In this document: in pieces, positions 25,701-38,000 of the stretch
How the letters are laid out: each line of letters begins with the position of its first letter
Numbering within the stretch: the first letter of the stretch is position 1
DNA from: Takakia lepidozioides
Taxonomy: Eukaryota; Plantae; Bryophyta
NCBI GenBank assembly: GCA_030704615.1
Contig: CM060732.1
Coordinates: 78,182,001 to 78,246,000, forward strand
Reading direction: 5' to 3'
Length of the DNA stretch: 64,000 nucleotides
Program-made: the position numbers and the translations under genes
Notes under the pieces: generated by a model
The model's database searches: none
Told to the model about the DNA's origin: nothing
Seen by the model: only the letters and a program-made list of their open reading frames with translations

Positions 25701-26536
25701 TCTCATATATGTATCATGGAAAAACTAGTCCATGAAAACCTGCTGATCAAAGTACCTTGCTAATGCTTATGACATATTTCTGAGCCACAGCAAGGCAGTA
25801 TCACCTAGAAGGATTCCCATGCCTTCCCAAAAGACTGCCGAGGATTTTCCTGACGAGTTGACTACACTTCAATTGCAAGCCTTATCCTTGTTCCTACATC
25901 GGCCACGCTTGCAGTCTTTGACCTACATCTAGTTATCAGCTGGTTACAAATCTTTGTGAAACTTCCATCAGGTACCCACTCGAACACCAAGCCAAGTATA
26001 GGCTCTTTGCTCTCAATTTAAGGATGGAAAGGCTTTTCCGACATTTCTTACTCTCATAACACACTTCGAATGATAACTATCTTTTGAGTGGCTCTCATAA
26101 GTCTAGAGCTACAAGACCCAGAATTGAGCCTTACCATGACTTAGCTCGGGGCCAGGACCAACAAACCGGACTTAAGAGCAACAAGCAACTGCTACCACTC
26201 AATGTGCCAAGGAACTGATAAAGAAGTCAAATTAGTGTTATGATAGTATAATTCACCTGCTTCTTCTTTCTCATCGAAGAGGAGGCCTGTTCCATTCGAT
26301 GCTTCCCGACTTTCGCAGCTACCTCTCTGCCCCAAGTTACAGTTGCCCTCCAAAAGGGAGCCTTCATTCCTGGGAACCTCAACAATATCATCCTCATTTG
26401 AAGTCGGCAATAAAGCATCCGACACGGACACCTCCTTACAGATCTGACCGGTGCTGGCCTCTTCCAAGTCCTGTTCACTTGGAGTGTCCTCAATGATAAC
26501 CGCATCTTGCGACTGAGCTCTTTGAATCCTATTCAT
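22743..26536 (-). CDS. TRM10: tRNA (guanine(9)-N1)-methyltransferase, TRM10 family, with long acidic/repetitive N-terminal extension
   Basis: Exons 26536-26257, 25068-24380, 24079-23720 and 23012-22743 join in frame (phase-1 junction G|GT gives EEAG-PSAET). SPOUT motifs LVIDLEFGEKM, LVYLTADSE, VYIVGGLVDRNRWKG, TAKLPIG, VLTVNQVVEI and DWGKALLAVIPQRK. Core is certain; the first coding exon is inferred. Confidence 0.9.
24743..25006 (-). repeat. Coding tandem repeat, 87 bp (29 aa) x3, in TRM10
   Basis: ATATTGACTGACGAAGCAGG recurs at 24744, 24831 and 24918. Peptide unit MKETKEVRDKETESMGTIS(I/K)VEQPASSVN. Confidence 0.97.
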
Positions 26537-28350
26537 TTTATCTGTCCACATGATTAAAGACAGAGAGATATTTAGAACTTGGAAAATCACAGTGTCTTGT
26601 TGGCCACATTAGGTCCATACTTCGAGGAGACATCTTAAGCACACCCCTGCCAGTGGTATAAAATGTTGAACTCAGCAACCCGGGAGGACTATTGTAACAT
26701 TGCGGTTCTCTTACAGGGCTTGCTGTACTGCAAGTATTGTACATTACCATTACATAATACCTTACCTTGCAGTTTCCAATTTGGCATAATTCAAGTCAAA
26801 TATACTCCATTCAGTTGACATTTTTCGTATGGTAATACTTCTACACATCCATACACTATCTTGACCAAATTGTCCACAGGTATCCAGGCATTAGCATCCA
26901 GTGACCCTAGGCCGTGGAGGATATGCATTGCACATATATCCCCAATGGTCGTCAAAAAAGTATTTCGATACATTCTGGTGTTTGAAACCTACATAGTTTT
27001 CAAAATTTCGACAATTTCTAGCCTTGACATCCAAAGCAACAACAGCTGCGCTGGGGTTGACACTCGAGCTGTTATATGGCTGTACTTTACTAGCACTAGG
27101 GTGACTGAATTTGGCCTGATTGTTGACGTAACCACGACTGGTTTGACACGAGCACATCTGATGAAGTAGAGACTCCCCTCAGGAGTTGCCTCAAGAACTC
27201 GCAGGATCTAATATTCTCTTTATGTACATCCACTTTCTGGTTATAAAATGGCGATCGGGCATTCAATCGTCAGGTCGCAATGTTCTGCTCTTGCAATGGA
27301 CTTTGTTGCTCCCGTCCTCGGGGAAGTCCTTCAATCATAGAAACTCCTTCGGTATAACAATGAAAAAGCGTTACCATCCGAACATGGAGAAACATCCGGG
27401 ATTATAGGAAGCCATAACTTACCAAGAAATATGCAGCCCACCACCACCCGCAGCGCTCAGCGGCAGCAGAGGGCAGAGCAAGGAGAAGACGCAGCTGCAC
27501 TTGCATCTCCCTTTCTCCTCCTGTCGACGCCTATCTCACCCGCTCACACTCTCCTATCGAAAACTTGGGACAAATGCGTCTACAATGTTTCAGATTCTCT
27601 AAAGCATTCGCAACAAATTCCTCCCCAGATTCACAAAAAACAACCCTATCTGAGCCCAATCTCAACCCTCGATTCAAGCCAAGAATCCCACATAAAACAT
27701 CACGGCCTCATTCGCCACAAAACCCCTCCCCAGATGTGGAGTGAAAATCTGTTTGTCCACGTGCTATACGTACCCAGCACCCACCTGGTGTCTTCGTATG
27801 TATTTGTAGTTTTTATTATGTAAGTACAGGTTCTTTCTTCTACAACTTTCATGGCTGCGTGGAGTTGTGAAGACACGCGGTGGATCGCAGGCTATCTCGA
27901 GGGCTGTGATGCATACTTGGGAGGCTGGTTTCCAAAAGGATTTGAGAAAAAGGGAGCCCGTAAGTCTCATGATAAGTTCAGGGCGTGTGTAGTGTGGGCA
28001 TTGATGGACTTGAAGGAGAGCGAGAGTCTATCCGGAGGGATAAGGTCTAAGTTACAAATCATCATGGGCTCATTCATTCAGATGCCAGTTCGCTGGCTGA
28101 TCGTCCACTGGGCAATGTTGGGATTGATGACATGTTGTTGTCTTCTCTTGTAGTTTACTGAGCCCTTCAAGGCTTTCCTGTTGCCATAAAACAGGTTTTC
28201 GCATGCTGTGTACTGTCATGTGGCTTCATCTCAATTGCAGAGTGGGTATCCACAGCAACCTTTCCAGCTGAAACTCATCCCGTACCTTGTCAATGGAATC
28301 TAGTTTTCTGCTTTTCAGTGCCCTCAACATTCGCGCATCTCATCATGGGT

Positions 28351-28480
28351 GACCAGAGAACTCCAGGGACCAGAGAACTCCAGGGGTAGATGATGGCATG
28401 TATAATTGAGCATTGACCAGAGAACTCCAGGGACCAGAGAACTCCAGGGGTAGAGATGATGGCATGTATAATTGAGCATT
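28351..28480. repeat. Nested tandem duplication (~65 bp x2, each containing GACCAGAGAACTCCAGG x2)
   Basis: Seen directly in the sequence. Confidence 0.9.
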
Positions 28481-28524
28481 TCTATTATACCCTTCAAGTG
28501 GCTGCATCAAGTCTTCTTTTGTTT

Positions 28525-29370
28525 CCCCAAACAGTTGACTGTTAAGTTTTCCGCATCACAACGCAGTTACTACAGTTGAGCCTATTTGAAGGGGCTAAAA
28601 GTTACTTGTCAAAAATCTAGGTGACGTCGAGAACAGTTCAAATCCATGCCATGTATTTGTACATGCCCCAAGCAGCTGCATTTTAACAAGATAAGAGCCC
28701 AAGGGAGATGTGAGAGAGTAAAAACATAACGGATTACAAGGGTTTTTGGGCACAGAAACCAGCCTGAAAAGCAGATCCAGGGCACCTGACTAGTGGATGT
28801 GAAATAACTCAACTCATTGCATGCTTTGTCAGTGGCATCTTTGTCAGTTATCCAGACTTTGGCTACAGTATGTTTTGGAGAAGAGCAGTGTGGGTGTATG
28901 AAGGCCTAATATTTCATATTAGATATTGAATGTTTCAGCTGATGACAATCTGCTGCTCCTCCATAAAATAACTTTTAGACATCAGCAATGGTCACCTCAA
29001 CCTCAACACCAGGCTCTATGGTGATTGACGTGATTTGCTTCACCACCTCTGAAGGGCTGTGCAAATCAATGACGCGCTTGTGCACCCTAAGTTCAAATCC
29101 ATCCCATGTGTTTGTACCTGCCCCAAGCAGTTGCCTGTTAAGCTTTCCGCATCACAACATAGTTACCACAGTTGAACCTATCTAAAGGAGCTAAAACCAC
29201 CTCTCAAAAATCTAGACAACCTAGAGAAGGGTTCAAATCCATCTCGTGTTTGCACATGCCCCAAGCAGCTGCCTGTTAAGCTTTCCGCATCACAACATAG
29301 TTACCACAGTTGAACCTATCCGAAGGAACTAAAATCACCTGACAAAACTCTAGGTGATCTAGAAAAGGGA
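28525..29370 (-). repeat. ~140-bp segment spanning the RPS20 intron-2 3' end and exon-3 start, duplicated inside intron 2 and downstream of the stop codon
   Basis: Homologous blocks at ~29090-29230 (functional), ~29230-29370 and ~28525-28680 share CTGTTAAG.TTTCCGCATCACAAC..AGTTAC.ACAGTTGA and GTTCAAATCCAT...GCCCCAAGCAG. Confidence 0.85.
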
Positions 29371-30091
29371 GCCTTTTCGAAAAACTCGAGCTCAAAACGT
29401 GGAGAAGAGGTGACAAGATGCACAACACCCATTAAAACTCTTCCTGAAGCCTTCATGCAGTCAACACCAGCCATACAAGAGCTTCAACGACATGTACTAG
29501 TGGCGACCATTCTGCAACAGGCAGTGGCACCCTCAACTGCGTCCACTAAAATGAGGGCATGCTTCAATGAACAATACCTTCTCCACATGGAGATTTGCGG
29601 GTGGTGATGCGCAAGACCTTGGTGGGCATGCGGACTGGCCCCTTCACTTTCAGCCGCTTGTCCTTGGCACCCTTGATAAGATCAGCACACACTGCAATTT
29701 CCAAGCAGAACGAATTCAGTTTGACAACTGTGCAGTCTCTCTATATGTGTTACTCACACCCTCTTTTCTCTCCCTCGCTATCCTTCCCACCTACAGACAT
29801 CGCTATCCTTTACTATTTACCTATACCGCGTCCAGCATCCAGGTCTATACAATTTCTCATACCCAATCCACTCGAGGGGAAAACAAGTCAAAGAGCATTC
29901 AGTCTGGACCGTCACTACTGCTACCAAAAAATCATCTATCCTGAGAGAAACTTAAGCCCCTGGATATGCAGCCTATACACACCTTTCTCCAGGTTTTTAA
30001 CACTCTTTGAAGAAAGGGTGATGCGTATGCGGTGAACAGTCTCAACCGCCTCCTCAACTCCAACTTTCCCTGGCTTGATAGGCGCAGCCAT
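28975..30091 (-). CDS. RPS20: 40S ribosomal protein S20 (uS10), 121 aa, 3 coding exons
   Basis: Exons 30091-29983, 29691-29578 and 29117-28975 (109+114+143=366 nt). Reads [95 protein letters not shown] 5'-UTR intron ends just before the ATG (donor ~30605). Confidence 0.97.
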
Positions 30092-30725
30092 TCTGACCCA
30101 CCCACAACAAATTCATGTACGTGCAGAGTAAAACTCTAAAGAACAACAACCTAATAGAAGACAAAGATAACACCATCTCCAAGGTAAAAACGGAGGCTTT
30201 CGGCAAGAAGAAGATAACGACATAGAAAAGATTGAAGACAGGAAAAACTCTCAAATAACACCAACAATCACTGAATCAAACGAGTATGACTGCAGCCTTG
30301 CACTTTAAATATTCAATACAGAGCACAAGCCAATTCCACCCTTCCTTGAATGCGGTTAGTATCAGCCAAGACTCTCCGCTGACTTCAAGAGTTCCCAAAC
30401 CTAGTACATGCGAACATAATTCCTGTCCTCTTTACATTGTGGTACCCGAAGATCCAGCCAAGAGACATACTTCGCAACCAAATGAGACTCTTACCCGAGC
30501 AAAACTTACAACAGAACAATCCTACAAAACAGGGAGCACAGACCTCAAAGACGTCGTCAGAAGAGACCGACAAGATACAAGGAAAACGCTGGTGGAGGGG
30601 CTCACCTGATAACTTGAAGGATGCTACCCCCGAGACGGACGCCGGCGACAGCCGACCGCTTGCTGAGGGGCAACAATCTTCAGAGAACGCTAGGAACAAC
30701 AATGCAATGGCCTTCTCCTCCCATC

Positions 30726-30990
30726 AGGTTTAGGGTTTTGGGAATCGGTTCTGATTGTGATGGGTTCTGTTACATGATGGGCTCTGTTTGTAATGGGTCT
30801 GTTCACGATAGGTTCTGTTTGTAGTGGGTCTGTTTACAATGGGTTCTATTGTAATGGGTCTGTTTAAAATGGGTTCTGTATGGATCTATTATCGCTGAGT
30901 TCTGTTTGTTATGGGTCCACTTACACTGGGTTCTGCTTGTAATGGGTCTGTGTACCATGAATTCTGTTTGTAATGGGTCTGTTTACGATG
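30726..30990. promoter_or_regulatory. Telo-box (AAACCCTA on - strand) plus ~12 degenerate ATGGG(T/C)TCTG repeats between the divergent RPS20 and PPR genes
   Basis: GGTTTAGGGTTTT lies at ~30727, next to repeated TGTTTGTAATGGGTCTG units at 30760-30990. Telo-box plus site-II-like motifs are an established feature of plant ribosomal-protein promoters. Confidence 0.55.
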
Positions 30991-33031
30991 CGTTGGATCC
31001 CACTAGTGTGTTTTTAAACAACAACAGAGGAGAAGATGCAATTGATGAGTTGATGGGTTTCTCAAATTTCTCTGATTTTCTCTGCGTTTCCAGTGATCTC
31101 TCTCTCACTCCGTCTCCCAAGAGAGACAAGCATGTAAGCCTACACACAGACGTAAATGGCATGGGGAGCAGCAGGTGGTGTATCTCAACTAACTGAATGC
31201 GAGCCATTCACTACGCTACCTCTCCAACGTCTCCAGGCTCTGAACAGATCTGCTGGAAGAGTGGCTGCTCCGTTCCTCGCCTCAGGTCTCCTGTCTTTCT
31301 CATTTCTTGAGAGCGTATTCGGATTGTTTAATTCATTAGTCATCATAAACTGCAAGCACAAAGCAAGGCATTTGCTCCATTCCGCGCCAATCTCTCAAGA
31401 TAGACTCGTTATTTCACGGATAGTTATTTCATGGAGTGCAGAGACACACAAAATTGGTGATGGTTCTACAGCTAGTAAGTTGTCACGCGATTCAGGTAGA
31501 ACAGCATAAGATGTAGATGCGACTTTAAAATTCGGCAGCCGCCCTAGTGAGACTTCAAACCAATGGCTTTCAATTGGAAAGAGAACAGAGATCCTGTCTC
31601 AGCCATAAGCATTTTTGTTCGGTTTCAGCTCATTGAAGCTCTTGCATGGTGGGAAGAATAGTATTCCTGATAGCAGTAATTTACCGTGATTGCTGTCGTG
31701 GAAGTCAGTACAAGTTTGCTTGAAACCAACTGTCTACAGCTTTAGATGAACTGCAGGTTTGATTGTGCATGACTAAAACTTCATTGTTCACTTTGGGCTG
31801 GGATAAACATATGGTAGAACACAGGAGTTGTTTCCAGCACTGCTGCTTTACTATTGATCATCAGGCCATAGCCAGGAGTGGGCTGAGTATTCATACTGCT
31901 CCTGAACGATTTTCAAGAAACTTGACATAATCAGTTCATCATCTGGGGAGTTTTGGTATGTCATACATGCCTCATACCCCAGTGAGTTAGCAAACAAGTA
32001 CAGTGTAAGCTTTGGGATGAATTCTCTCAGTACTAAGTATCGTTGAAGCTCAACCATATAACCGTGATTATCACAGTGTGTAGACCAGTGGCACGCACCA
32101 GCATCTTTCTCCTGAAAATACTTCCACATGCCATTACTGAGCAATACTAGTGATTTACTCCTTCTGTACAGGCAGTGTTTCAAAAGTGATGGTCATGACC
32201 TACCTCATCGAACTAGGAGCAATGCAAGCTTCAGTTTAAGTCTCATGGCAACTCCTTGCCAGCATTCTTGAATAAGACCTGGACAACTACGATGTCCTAC
32301 GGATCTATGTTTAAGTGGTATTTGCATGCAGGCCTAGCAATGAGCAAGGAACACCTCTGGCATGAGTTGTCCTTGGGATGGTTCACAGTGGTGGGTCAAC
32401 AGGTTTGATAAGGTGAGGCTATCTTCCTTTAAGAGGGGGGAACGTGTCTCAAGAAGGCTTATGGACCTTGCATGGTGATGTTTTGTAGTGTGCTTTGTAT
32501 GTCCAGTTGCTTGAATTAACAATGATTTCACTCTTCTTTGGGGGCAGCAGCAGATGATATCAAAATCCATTTTTTGGGTTGCTAGTGGTAGTTCCCCTTA
32601 ACTCAGGGATGCTTGAGGCTTTGATAGTTGCAGCCTGGGTACAGTTGAGGTGTAAGCTATGGCTGCTCAGCGGCCCCCTGGTGGTTCTCACAGAAAAGTT
32701 CAAGATCGCCAGACTACGGACATAAAGCTCACAAATCAGGTTCATTGGATTGGGAATTGGTCGATCCCTAGTCAGGAAAGCAGAGCTGTCCACTATGTTA
32801 CAACGTCAAGGACAAACCACTGTCAATATACACCATGGAGCTTCAGGGAGAGAACACAGTAGGTAATGTTTTGATGGCTCCAACTCCAATTGGAACTGTT
32901 TTTCCAAATATGTGATAACAGCAGTGTTGTACATATTAAATATGTAGCAAGCAGCTTGTCCTCATTCATAGATACATTGTGTATCTAGGAGCTTCTAGAG
33001 ATAGACTATGGTTAAGTAAGAGTTTTAATTT

Positions 33032-35050
33032 ATGCAGGATGGCAGGGCTGAATCAGGCCAGTGGTTTGAATCAAGCACTTCCACAATGACCACTCCTTCT
33101 GAAAGAGTAAGCGAGGGAGTCAAGAAGAGCTCTTCTGGCAATTCTGGGGATGTGATGGCATTATGTAAGGCTGGACAACTGAAAAATGCACTGCATGCTT
33201 TGAACCAACGAGGCATTTCAGCAGCAGACTACAAGAGTTATATCTCTCTCTTGCAGGAGTGCATAAAAATGAAAGACTTAGATATGGGTAAGCAGGTGCA
33301 TTCCCACATCATGAAAAGTGGAGCAAAGCCAAGCATCTTTTTATCCAACACCCTCGTCAACATGTATTCTAAATGCGGGAGCTTGTTTGATGCACGCCAA
33401 GTATTTGACAAAATGCCTGATCGAGATGTATTTACCTGGACTATGATGATGGCTGGGTGTGCTAAGCATGGCCGTAGTACAGATGCTTTGGAGATGTATG
33501 AGCAAATGGTATGGGAAGGGGTGACACCCAACAGGGTTACATTCATCTGTGCTCTCAAGGCGTGTGCCAGCCTGGCAGCCCTGGAAAAGGGCAAAGTGGT
33601 TCACGCTGACATTATCAAAGCTGGTATCGCAGCAGATACTATTCTAGAGACTGCCCTTGTCGACATGTATGCCAAAGCTGGGAGCATAAATGATGCTCGT
33701 CAAGTGTTTGATAAAATGGCTAAACGGAACGTGGTTTCATGGAATGCAATAATAGCAGGTTATGCAAAATGTGGGAGCTTGAAGGATGCGCATCTGCTGT
33801 TCGACAGTATGGCTCACCGAGATGTTGTCTCATGGAACACAATGATTGGAGGATATGCTCAACATGGGTGTGTTAGGGAGGCCTTTGAGATCTACGAGCA
33901 AATGATACGGGAAGGGGTGATGCCAGACAAGGTCACCTTCACTTCCATTCTCAATGTTTGTGGCAGCCAGGCATCCCTGCAAAAGGGCAAAGAGGTCCAT
34001 GCTGACATCACCAAAGCAGGAGTTGTTCCAGATATAATTCTCCAGAATACACTTGTCGACATGTATGCCAAATGTGGGAGCATGAAGGATGCACGTCAAC
34101 TCTTTGAAAATATGACTAAAGGAAATGTCATCACGTGGAACACAATGATTGCAGGTTATGCTCAGCATGGGTGTGGAAGGGAGGCCCTGCAATTATATGG
34201 ACAAATGCATCAGGAAGGCTTGAAGCCAGACAGTATCACCTTTATATCTCTTCTTTCTGCATGTAGCCATGTGGGTTTAGTGGATGAAGGCCGTCGCTAC
34301 TTTGATTCCATCAGTTGTGATCATGGCCTGACACCTACCCTGGAGCATTTTGTTTGCATGGTGGACATTCTTGGACGTGCAGGACTACTGGATGAGGCAG
34401 AGGACTTCATTAACAGACTTCCAATTGAACCAAGTGCTGTTGTGTGGAAAGCTTTGCTTAGTGCCTGCAGAATTCATGGCAATGCGGAGGTAGCAGAACG
34501 TGCAGCAAATTGCATTCTCAAGTGGGCTCCACACGATGCCGCAACTTATGTGTTGCTGTCAAACATTTACGCTTCGGCTGGCAGGTGGGGCGATCAAGCA
34601 AAGATAAGAAAAATGATGGAGGACAGAGGTGCCAAAAAGGAGACGGGGTGCAGCTGCATTGAAGTGGACAACCAGGTCCATGTGTTTGTTGTGGAAGACA
34701 CATCACATCCAGGAATTGAGGAAATCCATGCCGAGCTGAAGAGATTGGCTGAATGGATGCAGGATGCTGGGTACTTGCCTGACACAAGCTTTGTTTTGCA
34801 TGATCTTGAAGAGGAGATGAAGGCATTTTCTCTGTGCTACCACAGTGAGAGGTTGGCCATTGCGTTTGGGCTGATAAGCACGCCCCCCGGGACCATTCTC
34901 CGGGTAATCAAGAACCTCCGAGTGTGTGGTGACTGCCACACCGCCACCAAGTTTATCTCAAAGATTGTTGGGCGAGATGTTGTTGTACGGGATGTCAACC
35001 GCTTTCACCACTTCCAAGATGGGGTTTGTTCTTGTGGGGATTACTGGTGA
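33032..35050 (+). CDS. PLS-class pentatricopeptide repeat protein with E1/E2/DYW deaminase domain (organellar C-to-U RNA editing factor), 672 aa
   Basis: About 12 L/S/P motifs ending in P2-L2-S2, then E1 (VWKALLSACRIHG), HSERLAIAFGL, KNLRVCGDCH and terminal DYW. Uninterrupted ORF. Confidence 0.96.
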   Translation: MQDGRAESGQWFESSTSTMTTPSERVSEGVKKSSSGNSGDVMALCKAGQLKNALHALNQRGISAADYKSYISLLQECIKMKDLDMGKQVHSHIMKSGAKPSIFLSNTLVNMYSKCGSLFDARQVFDKMPDRDVFTWTMMMAGCAKHGRSTDALEMYEQMVWEGVTPNRVTFICALKACASLAALEKGKVVHADIIKAGIAADTILETALVDMYAKAGSINDARQVFDKMAKRNVVSWNAIIAGYAKCGSLKDAHLLFDSMAHRDVVSWNTMIGGYAQHGCVREAFEIYEQMIREGVMPDKVTFTSILNVCGSQASLQKGKEVHADITKAGVVPDIILQNTLVDMYAKCGSMKDARQLFENMTKGNVITWNTMIAGYAQHGCGREALQLYGQMHQEGLKPDSITFISLLSACSHVGLVDEGRRYFDSISCDHGLTPTLEHFVCMVDILGRAGLLDEAEDFINRLPIEPSAVVWKALLSACRIHGNAEVAERAANCILKWAPHDAATYVLLSNIYASAGRWGDQAKIRKMMEDRGAKKETGCSCIEVDNQVHVFVVEDTSHPGIEEIHAELKRLAEWMQDAGYLPDTSFVLHDLEEEMKAFSLCYHSERLAIAFGLISTPPGTILRVIKNLRVCGDCHTATKFISKIVGRDVVVRDVNRFHHFQDGVCSCGDYW

Positions 35051-38000
35051 AACAAACTGATAGCAACTAACTCAGATCATTGAACAGGAGCGGTGAAGTC
35101 CCAGAAGGGAATTGAGATTTTGCCATGCCTATAGCAGCCTGTAGAAGGAGACGAGGGTCTTCTCTCTCCATCTCAGATGAACCTGAGGAGGATGAACGGT
35201 GGGTGATTCCATGAATGCGCTAGTGCATGTACTGAAGGTATCCATCCTTCCATCTGTCTGGTGGATTTTGCTATGCTCAATTGTTTTTAAGTTGAGAAGA
35301 GGCAGAGGCTCCTGTGTAGACTGTCTAGAGATTGACAAGGATCCATGTTCTGGACTTGCAGAGGGGATGACAGATGGGAAACATCAAGACCTGACTTTCG
35401 TAGGGTTGTCACTGAAACCAGAGAGAGGGGAGTGGTGGGACAAGGTAAGTTGTAGTAGTCTCCCATGATTGCACGGGTTTCATTACTCGGCTTTTCCCGC
35501 GTGTAATGTTGGTGGCACATTTTTCTCTTTTGCAAGCTTCATTATGCCTTTTCAGGGTTGCCTGGAGCAGATGCCATTAGTGGGATCAGAAAATGTTGAT
35601 GTATTGAGCATATTACCTGCCAGCAAAACTAGTTGTTCTCCTCTTTGTAGTTTGTAGCTCACATGTCATGGATATTGTTATTGGCTACAGGCAAGTGTTA
35701 CAGTCTCCCAAATTTACGCATTGGAATCCATGAGCCACTTGTAGATGCAGAAGGTCAGCAGACTCCTCAATGCTGAGATTTAAGGTGCTCCTCAGTTTCT
35801 CCATGACAGTATCCCATACTTCAATATCAGGTTGTTGTTGAGGTCTAGTGGCAGACTTGGGTTTGTGCTATATCGGTCCTTGGAGAGGCCACTCACCAAA
35901 TGAAGTGTGTATAATCCAAGATTGCTTCCGTGCTTCTGGAAAACTGGTATTTGGTAAGTACAAAGATCTGTAAAATGGTATACCCTTGAATTTGAGCATA
36001 ATATTATGTGTGATAATACCCACTATCGGGAGCTAATGAAGTCACTGGGGAGTGGTGGCAGCTTGTCACTGCCACACATGGTGAAGTTCATAGTCTGAAC
36101 CTTTGTGATTGATAGCACAACGTTAAGACTTCACTCTCTCTTGTTGGGCTAGTTTAAGTTCGAACTCGGACTGGTACACTATCGGTTTGCATTTCTCTTT
36201 GTCTGTATGGAGTTGTTACTATGCTACTAACATAGATGATAATCCTGCTTCTATTTGTATATTGTATGACTTCCTTTTGGAGTCGCCAGAATTGAAATTG
36301 AATCTCATTTTCCAAAACAAGCAGGTATGTTTCACTAAGTATGGGGGGATGGCAGAATAGCTGGTGGGATGAGCTTATTGTGAGTTTGGTGATGGGACTG
36401 TAGGTGAAGGAGATATCGCACCATAATGCAAACTTGAAATGGTACATGCATAAAATACAGAATAGCCATTGGAAAGAACTGCTCAGAGACTGATAATGAG
36501 TAAGAGGTGAAGAAGTATGGCCTTACCAATGCTGTGATATCTACTCCCCTAAGAACCGTTCACCTGCCCCTGTCACTTGAGCCATCCATAGTCAGAATCT
36601 TGCATTCATCTGCATTGCCCTCTCCATATACCATGTGAGAATAGTAGGTCAGGAGGTAAGGCAAGAACAGATCTTATTCAAGCTGGCATGGGGCCTTTAC
36701 AAAATGTATAACTGGTAGCAGATGGACTGTGTCATTGAAGGTGGTGGGCGTTTGAGCTTCTTTATCCCATTTGTTGAGCAACCCGCACTCGCCGGATGCG
36801 CATTGTGTGCCTGAGATTTAAGAGCTGGTTGTGGAGCACTTCTCCCAAGGCCAAGTGGTCTATGTCTGGGTAGTTGGCAGGATGAGCAAGTAAGATGTAT
36901 GCAGAGCCACTGCTGCTGCTGTGTTGATTGACTTTAACATTCCACGTGATTCCAAATGGACTAGGTGGTACCAAATTTCATGAAACCAAGGAAGGATTGT
37001 ATTCATTAGAGATTTGAGAATGGAGTCAAGTGTATTGTGATGTGCTTGCTCGAACCCAAGCATGAAAAGGAGGCAACTGGGTCACAAAGCCCCCCAGCTC
37101 TTGCCGCTGTTTTTGCAGAGTTCATGCCAGGAACTGCATTGGTACTAACCAGATCACAATTTGGAATACCTGGAGACATGGTTGACATGGTACACAACAA
37201 ACCCAGCAATAAATGATTTTTCTCTCCGCTACAAAATCTCTGGAACCGTCATCGTTGCACAAAGTTGTCAGTCTCTCTTTCACGCACTAAAGATAAGGGA
37301 AAATATTGTTGCCGCTGTGAGACCAACCATACCTTACTCATCACCTTTTGATGCAACCAATGCACTTGCAATTTCCCTCTTTCTGCGTAAGTGAGGAGAG
37401 CGTAGGAAAGAGGCGGAGACCCTCAACACACAGTGGTCCTTTGAGGGAGATTGCCTGAGCTACTGCTGGCTTGCTAGGGTGATTGATTTCTTGCTAGGCT
37501 TGTGCTTATCTTGATTCCGTATCGTTTGCAAATGCTTGTGTACTCGTTTTGTCATTTTCCTGCTTTCCTTAAAAATATCTGCAGCGATTGAAGCTCATAT
37601 TATCTTGGACTAGTGATTATCCCTGCACCGAAATATGCGTTTGCAGATGCAGCTTGGGACAAATTGATGATGCGCCCACCCCCACCATCCATCTCCAAGC
37701 GAATTGCAACAAATCCATCTTCCTCATCTTCCTAAGACAAAGTGTCACTCCCTCTGCTATCTATTGGTGTGAATCTGGACCAGTTTCTTGGTGGGAGAGA
37801 AATTTGGAACCCTTCAAGCACCTTTCCTTTTAAGGAATGCTTGGGGGTAGATGTATAACATCATCTGAGGTTTTATGAGCTGGATTTGCTTGAATACCAC
37901 TCCATGAACTCAAAGCCAATATATAATTTGAACTCTCAATGTTATTGATAAGGCTGCAACTCTATCCTTCCCAACCCATGCACCTGTATGAGACGCAGAG

